From Chthoniobacterales bacterium (GTDB lineage Bacteria; Verrucomicrobiota; Verrucomicrobiia; Chthoniobacterales; Chthoniobacteraceae): 64,000 nt of DNA. The stretch is from contig JBBQZX010000032.1 of the NCBI GenBank assembly GCA_038207335.1, positions 1 through 64,000 of the forward strand, given 5' to 3'. Positions 56,501-64,000 of the stretch are shown in pieces; position 1 is the first letter of the stretch; each line of letters starts with the position of its first letter. Below the pieces are notes generated by a model that was given only the letters and a program-made list of their open reading frames with translations, was not told the DNA's origin and ran no database searches. Both the position numbers and the translations under genes were made by a program.

Positions 56501-59500
56501 CGTCGCCTGAATCAGCGTCCACGGTGCCTTTGCGGATTCGTCGCTGTCGGCCCACGCGGACGCGCGGCGCCCATCCGCACGCGCGTCCCGTTTTTCCAAG
56601 CTGCTCCCGCCGCCATCGGCCCAATGACCCCACCGCGCGGCGTCTCCGTAGGCGACCTCATCGACCGTCGAGTCGTCGGTCGCGGTCGCGCCAGTGGATG
56701 TGAGATAGGTCATCGGCCGCTTCAGACGCACGAGGTCGCGGGTGTTGCCGAGCCCGCCGGTCCAGTTGCCAAAAACGCTCGATGAATTGAGCGCCGGATT
56801 CGCCGCGAGGAGCGCCGCGCGATTGGCGGCGACGACGATATATCCATTGGCGGCGATGCTCGTGCCTCCGGGAAAAGTGAAGCTCGTTGCGCGTTTCAAC
56901 TTCCATCCGCCGATGTCCACCGGCGCTGCCGTGCGGTTGAAAAGCTCGACGAATTCGCCGCCCGTGTCGCCGTCGGCGGGGTGAATGTCCAACTCGTCGA
57001 TGACGATTTCCGACGTGAGCCGGACGGCATTCGCAGCGCCGGCTGTCCGCGCCGCGAGACTGATGAAATCAGGCGAGCCGTCCGGTGCGCGGCCTTGCGA
57101 GACATTCGGAAGCTGTGGGGTGAAACGCACGACATCGAGCAGGCGCGAGCCGTCCGACGATCGGAGATAGATCGTGCCGCCGTTCGATTTCAGCGCGAAT
57201 CCGAGCGTCGTCTCATCGAGAGAAAGGAACGCGCCCGGAGCGAGCACGGTGCCGGCGGGGATCGCGTAGCCCGCGAGTGCGGGATCGTCGCTGAGTGAGC
57301 ACCCAGAGAGATCGGCGGGCGCCGTGGAGCGGTTGTAGAGCTCGATGAAGTCGATGAGCGGCTGCTCGGAATTCGCGAGCCATTCATTGATCGCGACGCC
57401 CGATCCCGGGACCGCGGAGACCGCATCGAAGCCGCCTGGCGAGCCGCCGCGACGGTCGCTCGCGGCCCATGCGCGGGGATCATCTTCGCCGTAGCTCGGG
57501 CTCCGAAGCACGAGTGAGTGGCCCGTGGAATCAGCGCCCGCGGGCCAAGGCGGGGAGTTGTCATATTTCACCTCGAGCAGTTGCGCGTCGATATCGTCGC
57601 GCAGTCGCACCATACCGGATTTTTTCAAAGTGCCGGTGTAAGGCCCGAGCACACCGCCGATTCCGTAGATGGCCTGCACGTCCGCTGGCACGCGCGCGAC
57701 GACGAGATACGCGCCGCCCTCGATCGATGCGCCAGCGGGGAAGGGGAATGAAATGTCGCCGCTGAACCGCCAGCCGGCGAGGTCCACGGGCATCGGATCG
57801 GAGTTGAAAAGCTCAACGTATTCGATCACACGCCCATCGCTGCGAGGCGCGTCTTTATACATGATCTCGGAGATTGTGAGACCGGTGTGGCGGCTGCTCG
57901 GACCCGGCCCCTCGATCATCGGAGGCGCGACGGCAGCGGGTGTGCCGGAGACATTTCCGAAGCTCGAAAACTGCGCTGTCGCGGTGCTGCCGGGCGTCGC
58001 GCTCTGGCTCGCGAGTGAGACTCCGACATCGAGCGTGGCGGGAAGCGCGATGGTCGCCGAACCAAGCACCGACCAGCCTTCGCCGTCCGTGCCCGCGTAT
58101 CCTGTGAAGAGATTTCCCGCGCGTTTCAGCCGCAGCCAGAGGTATGGGAGATTCGGAGGGAATGCGCCGCTTTGCTGCGCCGCGCTGGCTGCGGGATCGC
58201 GCCACTGAAAGAAGCACCCGGCCAGCGTTGGAGTCGCGACCGCGGCAGCGAAACGCGAGCTCGAACTCGCGCTGCTCTCGCGAGCCATCAGCGCGAAACG
58301 CGTCCACACATCCGATCGCGTGAGCCCCGCGACTTGCACTCGTACGTCGAAATCGCCGCTGCGCTGCGTCGTCCCGAATGTGCCCTGATCGCTGGTCCCG
58401 CCGAGGCCGCGGCCCGCCGATGTGAGCGTGATCGTCGGACCGGTGGTTAGGGTGGGCGCGGAATTGCCGTCGAGATTTGCGTAGCTGAATCCGCCGACCA
58501 CGAACACTGCCGCGCTTGCGGGTGCAATCGTGTTTGGCGGAGCGGACGTGTCCTGCACATTCGACACCGCGACACGCACGATAGCGCCGGACGGCAACGC
58601 TGCCGAGGTGGTGAGCGTCGCAGTTTTTCCATCGCCGCTGAGCGTCGTGCCGGTGATTGCCGCAGCCGCGTTGTCGATCGTCAGCACGTAGTTCGCGGAA
58701 GCAGTCGTCGATGCGGATGACATGGATTTCGAGAAGAGCACGGCAACGGAATTCGACGCCGGAGAAGTCGCGCGGATGAGCGTGGGCGGCGCGGTGTCCG
58801 CGGCAGTGAGGGCGGAAAGTTCCGCGATGTCGGAAGCCGTCAGCGCGCGATTGTAAACACGCACCTCATCCATCGCGCCTTTGTAGCGGAACTGCGTTTC
58901 GCTCGCCGCACTGCCGAGTCGCCAGTCCTGCAGCTGCGACAGCGGTGCGGTGCTATTTCCGAGGGCGAAGCTCGTGCTGTCGCGCCACATCACGAAGTTC
59001 CCGCTCGCATCGCGGGTAAGCGCCACGAGGTGAAAAGCCCCGTCATTCGGCACCACGAGCGTTGTATTCACCTGCCCGAGTCCGCCGTTGTGAAACCAGA
59101 ATATCTCGCGTTGAAACCCGTCGCTGTCCGCGTCGATGAGGCCGAGATTTGCGCGGTTTGTCTGTCCCGCATTGCAGGAGAAAAGGTGCATCTGTCCGCC
59201 CGCTCCGCTTCCCGGAGAGCCGTCACATTTCACGAACATCGCCACAGAAAATGCGCCCGTGGCCGGGATGAGCGACGCCGCGCTTCCGGTGAGTTGCACG
59301 CGATCATCCACGCCATCGAAGCTGAATGCCGTGCCGAGGCGCCCCGGCACTCCGAGCGTTACCCCCGCCTCGATCGACCCGCTGATCGAGCCAGTCGCCG
59401 GAGCCGCGGTAAGTCCGCTCGTTTCATCGAAAGCCCACCGCCCCGTGAGCCCGCTCACGATGTCTCCATGCGCCGAATAGCAAGCTGCAAACACCATCGC

Positions 59501-59536
59501 AAGGCGGACGACGAGCTTCACAGCGCGACTTTTCAT
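53534..59536 (-). CDS. Secreted LamG / lamin-tail-domain / CotH-kinase-like multidomain protein
   Basis: MDEVRVYNRAL (LamG); four LTD-like repeats (ISEIMY, INEWLA, IDELDI, INEWMA); GNGDSY..N.Y and LLPYD CotH-like motifs. Confidence 0.88.
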   Translation of the reverse strand: MKSRAVKLVVRLAMVFAACYSAHGDIVSGLTGRWAFDETSGLTAAPATGSISGSIEAGVTLGVPGRLGTAFSFDGVDDRVQLTGSAASLIPATGAFSVAMFVKCDGSPGSGAGGQMHLFSCNAGQTNRANLGLIDADSDGFQREIFWFHNGGLGQVNTTLVVPNDGAFHLVALTRDASGNFVMWRDSTSFALGNSTAPLSQLQDWRLGSAASETQFRYKGAMDEVRVYNRALTASDIAELSALTAADTAPPTLIRATSPASNSVAVLFSKSMSSASTTASANYVLTIDNAAAAITGTTLSGDGKTATLTTSAALPSGAIVRVAVSNVQDTSAPPNTIAPASAAVFVVGGFSYANLDGNSAPTLTTGPTITLTSAGRGLGGTSDQGTFGTTQRSGDFDVRVQVAGLTRSDVWTRFALMARESSASSSSRFAAAVATPTLAGCFFQWRDPAASAAQQSGAFPPNLPYLWLRLKRAGNLFTGYAGTDGEGWSVLGSATIALPATLDVGVSLASQSATPGSTATAQFSSFGNVSGTPAAVAPPMIEGPGPSSRHTGLTISEIMYKDAPRSDGRVIEYVELFNSDPMPVDLAGWRFSGDISFPFPAGASIEGGAYLVVARVPADVQAIYGIGGVLGPYTGTLKKSGMVRLRDDIDAQLLEVKYDNSPPWPAGADSTGHSLVLRSPSYGEDDPRAWAASDRRGGSPGGFDAVSAVPGSGVAINEWLANSEQPLIDFIELYNRSTAPADLSGCSLSDDPALAGYAIPAGTVLAPGAFLSLDETTLGFALKSNGGTIYLRSSDGSRLLDVVRFTPQLPNVSQGRAPDGSPDFISLAARTAGAANAVRLTSEIVIDELDIHPADGDTGGEFVELFNRTAAPVDIGGWKLKRATSFTFPGGTSIAANGYIVVAANRAALLAANPALNSSSVFGNWTGGLGNTRDLVRLKRPMTYLTSTGATATDDSTVDEVAYGDAARWGHWADGGGSSLEKRDARADGRRASAWADSDESAKAPWTLIQATGKIDLGQQAGGDSAINRLEIMLGGEGECLLDDIEVTVNGGANLVGNSSLDSGASGYTALGTHSGSGASAAGAGFGGGGALHLRATSGGDNIANRVQTILTSAIPQGSTCTIRARARWLAGSRDLLLRLEGNWHELSAALPVPSSGGTPGAPNTRAVANIGPAIYDIAATPVLPAAGEPVRVTARFDDPDGVAARTLSWRLDPSATFTNIAMKDDGTGGDTLAGDGIFTGTIPGQSAGALVAWNIAATDSAAASAQAFSDPALALVRFGEGIPASAFVTQRFWITSAEQARWTSGSFLSNSSFSGTLVVGNSRAIHGADIRFSGSAAKQGKPQYATPTLGPGHYTMNVPRHDRFLGTDDFSKLRAPGNDPFADADLQHERTYYWAAHRLGIPGGHRRYFVWMMNGNRHGTLMEDAEQADQRFLNYAYPAAANGPLYRMNIWAEAGDTPATPNTATTTETNGAYCTLGLYTTTDPATGSTVPKVARLRWNWDPRAGASWSDYSPILELTTLASQTGAPAFPMNVNALLDLDQWARVIALDHACGNGDSYGNRNGQNMYAYHPPGARWLLLPYDRNLVFGYDFQPATDLFQFWQTPANAGRTADPNFLALLGHPAFRRAYWSTYSEIAARVFDPVAMNPMLDATFRAFTADGLAVADPSSLKSWIAGQRTVIQSGLSGLGSATWSVSTANNQTVTNGQLSIAGTAPTALTGISVNGVAVPLTWASLTDWSTSVLLRGGANTLVITGLDRSGASVGSTTLTVTFTGANAWPGIRINEWMASNSTFIADPADGHFDDWLELYNPTPGAVSLDGWTLRNSGTASPIPAGFSVPAGGYLVVWADSETAQNNLPVRPDLHVAFKISASGDTLTLTAPDATVIDTVTFGAQTTDRTSGHWHAAAPDAVLPLDTPTPGVANAYTPPRPQAATFSGGANTFTLNWSSVPGLRYAFERSPELIGWTALQTVTATGQNTTATDPTPLPGQAFYRARVLTTP

Positions 59537-59573
59537 ATTTCCAATGGAACGCCCGGCAGGGGGCGCGCAACAG

Positions 59574-61559
59574 TCACTTCCGACGGCGGCGAAGCCCGGC
59601 GATGAACCCAAATCCACCGAGCAAGAGCGCCACTCCCGAAGGCTCGGGAACTGCGAGCAACGTCACGTCGTTTCCGCCGTCGCTCGCGTAGCTGATCTTG
59701 AAATCCTGGCTGAATGCTCCGGTTGTCACCTTGAAAACAGCGTCTGAGGCGAGTGTGTTTCCGAGATAGCTAAACTGGCCACCGCCAGAGAGGGGTGCGG
59801 TGCCGTCGAGGATCGTGAAAAGCGCATTCGCGTTCGGCGTTGCCAGCAGCGTAAGATTCAGCGTGATCGCGCCGGTGAGCGTTGCCGCGCCGAAAACGCT
59901 GAGCTGGTCTGCGGTGCTCTGCCCGATCTCGAGTGTGAAGGCCGAGCCAGTGGCAAAAGAGATAGGTCCGGTCGTGAGCGTGCCGATGCCGTCGCCGGGA
60001 GAAATTGCGCCTCCCGTCGCCACGGTCACATTCGCGGAGGAGTTGATGAGCCCGATGCCTCCGAGCGTGCCGCCCGAGTTCACTGCGGTGCCCGACGTCG
60101 AGCCGAGCACGGTATTCACGAGGAGCGTCCCGCCATTCACGATTGTGGCGCCCGAGCGGGAGCTGATGCCTGCGAGTCTCGCGGTGCCCGTGCCGCCTTT
60201 GAAAAGATCCGCCGTCCCGGAAACCGCCCCGGAGAGCGCGAAGTTACCCGGTCCGGTGAGCGCCACGGAATTCGCAGAGCTGCCGAGGATGAGCGCCGCG
60301 GGGATCGTGATATTGCCGCCGAGCCCGGCGTAAAAGGTCGTGCCCGGCGCGGTGATCGTCTGCGCAGCGGTGCCGAGAGTCAGAAGATTCGTGCTCAGGT
60401 TTCGCACCGTGCTTCCGGGGACGAGAGAAAAGTCGTTGCCCTCGATGCTGTAGGTGCCCGCGCCGGCTGCAATGTTCAGCCCGCCGATGAGCGCTCCGCT
60501 CTGGTCATTCGTCGAGACGCCGCCTGCGCCGGTGAAGGTGATCGGCGATGGACCCGCGCCCGTATTCACGAACGTCGGAAGTGCGTTCGCGCCGCCGTTC
60601 GTCTGCCAGTTTGCCGCCGTGCCCCACGCTCCCGTGCCGCTCGTCCAAAGTCGGTAATCCTGCACCGCGAGCAGATTGCCGGCATTGAATACCGTGGCAA
60701 CTGCCGTCCCCGCGCCGGGGGCGATTTCCACGGCAGGAACACCCCCGAAAACCGTGTAGTAGTTCACGCCGCCTATCACTTTGATATCGATCACGTTGTT
60801 TCCACCCACCGTCTGAACGTTCGTCAGCGCACCGGCCAGAGTCACAGCGGAGATGTTGCGACTGTTGTTCGGGCCGACGAGGAATCGGTTGGTCGCTGCG
60901 TCCCATGTCACAGCTTCTGCGCCAGTCAGGGTCACCAGATTGCTTGCTGAAGTGACCGTCGCGCCGTCGATCGCGTATCGGCGAATCGCATTCCCACCGC
61001 GGCTGGCGATGTAGAGATTCCCATCACCACCAAACGTCAGACCGCGCGGTGCATTCAGGACGGTCGTGATGATGGCGGTGGTGGTTGAAGCCGTTCCGTC
61101 TTTGTCCGGGAGCGTGAGCTGGAAAGCCTTGTTGTTCCCCGCGCCAAAAGCCGACGTCAGATAGATGTTCCCATCCGGCCCGACCGCCATCGCCTCGGGG
61201 CGTCCCGTGAGTGGGCCGGCTCCGACCGTCGCGCCAGTGGTGGTGCTTTGCGCGATCGCGCCGAGTGGCGTTCCATCCGTCTTGAATTTTAGGACACGGC
61301 CCAGGTCCGCCTCCTCAGAAGTGTATATATTCCCAAAGATGTCCTGGGTCGTTCCCCAGTTCACAGTAATGCCGGAGGCGAAGTTCGCGCCTTGAGTCCA
61401 GACGCCGCCGCTGTCGATCGTGTAGGTGCGGACGACATTTGTGGTTGTCTCCGGCAGTAGCACCGTCGTCTGCGCGGAGAGGTGCAGGGGCGCGCCGATC
61501 AGGATCGCTGCGCTGGTCGCGAGGATGAGTCTGGAGCCGAAGTTTCCGGTGGTGTTCAT
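59574..61559 (-). CDS. PEP-CTERM protein with beta-propeller-like N-terminus and autotransporter-associated beta-strand repeat
   Basis: VPEPSGVALLLGGFGFIAGLRRRRK; LFKGGTGTARLAG..GATIVNGGTL; GPDGNIY repeats. Confidence 0.9.
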   Translation of the reverse strand: MNTTGNFGSRLILATSAAILIGAPLHLSAQTTVLLPETTTNVVRTYTIDSGGVWTQGANFASGITVNWGTTQDIFGNIYTSEEADLGRVLKFKTDGTPLGAIAQSTTTGATVGAGPLTGRPEAMAVGPDGNIYLTSAFGAGNNKAFQLTLPDKDGTASTTTAIITTVLNAPRGLTFGGDGNLYIASRGGNAIRRYAIDGATVTSASNLVTLTGAEAVTWDAATNRFLVGPNNSRNISAVTLAGALTNVQTVGGNNVIDIKVIGGVNYYTVFGGVPAVEIAPGAGTAVATVFNAGNLLAVQDYRLWTSGTGAWGTAANWQTNGGANALPTFVNTGAGPSPITFTGAGGVSTNDQSGALIGGLNIAAGAGTYSIEGNDFSLVPGSTVRNLSTNLLTLGTAAQTITAPGTTFYAGLGGNITIPAALILGSSANSVALTGPGNFALSGAVSGTADLFKGGTGTARLAGISSRSGATIVNGGTLLVNTVLGSTSGTAVNSGGTLGGIGLINSSANVTVATGGAISPGDGIGTLTTGPISFATGSAFTLEIGQSTADQLSVFGAATLTGAITLNLTLLATPNANALFTILDGTAPLSGGGQFSYLGNTLASDAVFKVTTGAFSQDFKISYASDGGNDVTLLAVPEPSGVALLLGGFGFIAGLRRRRK

Positions 61560-61620
61560 GAGGGTCATATCTGGGTTTGGTGGAAATTCGGGTTTATAAG
61601 GAACGCTCGGATATCAGGCT

Positions 61621-62325
61621 TCAATTTGGTCGCCACCAACGTTCGGATCGCTGCTGCTCGGCCTGCCGCGCGAGAGTGCGCTCGAGGCTCCGCTGGATGT
61701 GTAGCGCCACTTGCCGGCGCGCCTCCTCGCCGTCGTGTCGCGCGAGCGCTTCGTAGATTGCACGGTGCTGGCGGCACGCTTCATCGAGAAGCTCACGGTC
61801 GTGGACGCACCGATCCGCGTTGAAAATCCGGACATGCGCGTGACTGTCCGCGGCGAGGTTGGTCAGGCGTCGATTTCCTGCGCTCTCGATGATCGTCATG
61901 TGAAACGCGAGATCGGCGGCGAGAAAATCACGCAACGGTGCGCCCTCGAGTGCGGGCTTTTTCGGCGTGAGTGAGCGTGCTGCGATCGCCTCCATCTTCT
62001 CCAGAAAACCGGCAACCTCTGCGAGATGCGCGGGTGCCATGAAAGTCGCGCATTTGTAAGCTGCGTGAGTCTCCATGGCCTCCCGGACTCCATACAGTTC
62101 CTCCGTTTCCTCGCGGTCGAGTTGCGGCACGATCGCTCCGAGGCGGGGGACGAGACGCACGAGTCCTTCGCTCGCCAGGCGGCTCATTGCCTCGCGTACC
62201 GGGGTCGTGCTGACTCCGAGATCGGCTGCGAGTTGCTTGAACTCGATGCGCCCGCCCGGTGCGAAGTCTCCGGCGAGGAGACGTCGCCGGATTTCAACGT
62301 AACTGCGACTGGAGCGCGTGGGCAT
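61621..62325 (-). CDS. GntR family transcriptional regulator (FCD type)
   Basis: LAADLGVSTTPVREA..L..EGLV HTH; DLAFH...GN. Confidence 0.92.
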   Translation of the reverse strand: MPTRSSRSYVEIRRRLLAGDFAPGGRIEFKQLAADLGVSTTPVREAMSRLASEGLVRLVPRLGAIVPQLDREETEELYGVREAMETHAAYKCATFMAPAHLAEVAGFLEKMEAIAARSLTPKKPALEGAPLRDFLAADLAFHMTIIESAGNRRLTNLAADSHAHVRIFNADRCVHDRELLDEACRQHRAIYEALARHDGEEARRQVALHIQRSLERTLARQAEQQRSERWWRPN

Positions 62326-62521
62326 GTGCCTTGGTGGAGGGAAGACGTCGCACCTGATCGGGCAGCGACGCCGCTGAAGCTCTCGGTAAATGCGAGTATC
62401 GTCAAATATATTCGCCGACATCTGAGTTCGAAATGTGTTCCATTTCCGCGACACTTAGTTCAGCAAATCGCTCGGCTCCCATCCTCCTGTCTTCAAGTCG
62501 CGCAGCATTTCCCCCCTTCTC

Positions 62522-64000
62522 ATGCCCCGCACCACCCCCGCTCTGGCTCTCGCATTTTTGGCGGTTTCGCTGAGCACCACGTTCGCGCTCGAGCCGCTTC
62601 AGTACAATGATCCGGGGTTGGTGGTGGATTTGGGGGTGGGGCTTTGGGCTTGGCCGCTGCCGATGGATTTCGATGGGGATGGGGATTTCGATTTAGTAGT
62701 GAACTGCCCAGATACGCCTTCGAATGGGGTTTACGTTTTCGAGAATGTGACGGGGGATACGGCGGCGACGAAGATGCCGGTTTTCAAGGCGGGGCGGCGG
62801 ATCAGTAAGGGGGTGCAGAATGTGGAGGTGAGCTATGTGGACGGGAGGGCGCGAGTGCTGTCGCCGGGGATGGAGTATCCCGAGTTTTTGAAGAGCGGAT
62901 TGACCGATGGGAAGAAGCTGCCGCTGCCCGCGAATCCTCATGGGAGCAAGGTGCGCGCGAATATGTGGCGGCTCGTGGACTTCGATGGCGATGGGCTCGT
63001 CGATGTCGTGGCCGGGGTGGGGGACTGGGCGGATTACGGCTGGGACAATGCGTACGATGCGAGTGGGAATTGGACGCGCGGGCCGCTGCGAGGGTTCGTT
63101 TATTTCTCGAAGAACATCGGCACGGCGGAGGCGCCGAAGTATGCGGCGGCGGTGAAGGTGATGGCAGCGGATCAAGCGCTGGAAACGTACGGATGGCCGT
63201 CGCCGAATTTCGCGGATTTCGATGGCGATTGGGATTTGGACCTGCTGTGCGGGGAGTTTCGCGATGGCTTCACGTATTTCGAAAACATCGGGACGCGCAC
63301 GGAGCCGAAGTATGCGCCGGGCAAGCGGCTGCGGACGGCGGCGGGGAAGCCGCTGGTGATGGATTTGGAGATGATCACGCCGACGACGTTCGATTGGGAC
63401 AAGGACGGCGACCTGGATTTGATCGTCGGCGATGAGGACGGGCGCGTGGCGTTCGTGGAAAACACGGGGGCGCTCGCGGCGGACAAGGCGCCGATTTTCA
63501 AAGAGCCGGTCTATTTTAAGCAGGAGGCGGAGGCGCTGAAGTGCGGGGCGCTCGCGACGCCGGTCGGGGTGGATTGGGACGGGGACGGGGATACGGATAT
63601 CGTGAGCGGGAACAGCGCGGGGTATATCGAGTTTTTCGAGAATCTGAGCGGGCCGAATGTGGCGAAGCCGAAGTGGGCTGCGCCGCGGCGGCTGGAGGTC
63701 GGTGGCGTGCCGTTTCGCGTGATGGCGGGTGAGAATGGGAGCATCCAAGGGCCGGCGGAGGCGAAGTGGGGATATACGACTTTCAGCGTGGCCGATTGGG
63801 ATGGCGACGGGCTGCCGGACATCGTGCTGAACAGCATCCTGGGGAATATCGTGTGGCTGAAGAACGTCGGGACTCGGGCGCAGCCGCGGCTCGCACCGCC
63901 CGAAGCGATCGAGGTGGAGTGGGCGGGCGCGCAACCGGCGCTGGCGTGGGGTTGGCGGAAGCCGGAGGGGAAGGCGCTGCTGACTCAGTGGCGCACGACG
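62522..64000 (+). CDS. Secreted FG-GAP/VCBS repeat protein (runs off the window end; absent from the ORF track)
   Basis: MPRTTPALALAFLAVSLSTTFA signal, then repeated D(F/W)DGDGxxD motifs (DFDGDGDFDL, DWDKDGDLDL, DWDGDGLPDI). Confidence 0.88.
   Translation, partial: MPRTTPALALAFLAVSLSTTFALEPLQYNDPGLVVDLGVGLWAWPLPMDFDGDGDFDLVVNCPDTPSNGVYVFENVTGDTAATKMPVFKAGRRISKGVQNVEVSYVDGRARVLSPGMEYPEFLKSGLTDGKKLPLPANPHGSKVRANMWRLVDFDGDGLVDVVAGVGDWADYGWDNAYDASGNWTRGPLRGFVYFSKNIGTAEAPKYAAAVKVMAADQALETYGWPSPNFADFDGDWDLDLLCGEFRDGFTYFENIGTRTEPKYAPGKRLRTAAGKPLVMDLEMITPTTFDWDKDGDLDLIVGDEDGRVAFVENTGALAADKAPIFKEPVYFKQEAEALKCGALATPVGVDWDGDGDTDIVSGNSAGYIEFFENLSGPNVAKPKWAAPRRLEVGGVPFRVMAGENGSIQGPAEAKWGYTTFSVADWDGDGLPDIVLNSILGNIVWLKNVGTRAQPRLAPPEAIEVEWAGAQPALAWGWRKPEGKALLTQWRTT

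Noticed and set aside
62693..63934. 413-aa minus-strand ORF in the track
   Set aside because: The real gene is the plus-strand FG-GAP protein starting at 62522, missed by the track because it has no stop in the window

Overview
GC-rich bacterial DNA; PEP-CTERM, LEPR-XLL, DUF1501/DUF1549/DUF1553 and lamin-tail/CotH genes suggest the PVC group, probably Verrucomicrobiota (inference). The first ~31 kb look like a mosaic genomic island. Decayed phage/ICE-like segments (minimal ligase-type nucleotidyltransferase, DUF6573-like pseudogene, two copies of a RarA/MgsA-C-like gene, a glycosyltransferase remnant, an intact tyrosine integrase with an HTH gene) alternate with two intact cargo blocks. Cargo 1 (2492-13768) is the best candidate for an undescribed system: an 11-gene divergent biosynthetic cluster with two B12-binding radical SAM enzymes, a GH3 adenylate-forming ligase, two GNAT-like proteins, an AurF-like diiron oxygenase, a membrane desaturase, a Rieske oxygenase, a membrane-anchored NTF2/SnoaL protein, an alpha/beta hydrolase and a PAP2 protein, with no PKS, NRPS or RiPP core. 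Cargo 2 (15174-26871) is a DUF1501 x3 / DUF1549-DUF1553 / PPC / cytochrome-c-WD40 operon. A 42-bp ungapped diverged repeat occurs three times (905, 13746, 27020), two copies at cargo right edges. A bipartite non-coding motif module occurs twice (2214, 30503). The remaining 33 kb encode large secreted proteins, two glycoside-hydrolase-like proteins, a MacAB-like ABC exporter, a GntR regulator and a truncated FG-GAP/VCBS protein. Family assignments come from motif recognition by eye, not database searches.
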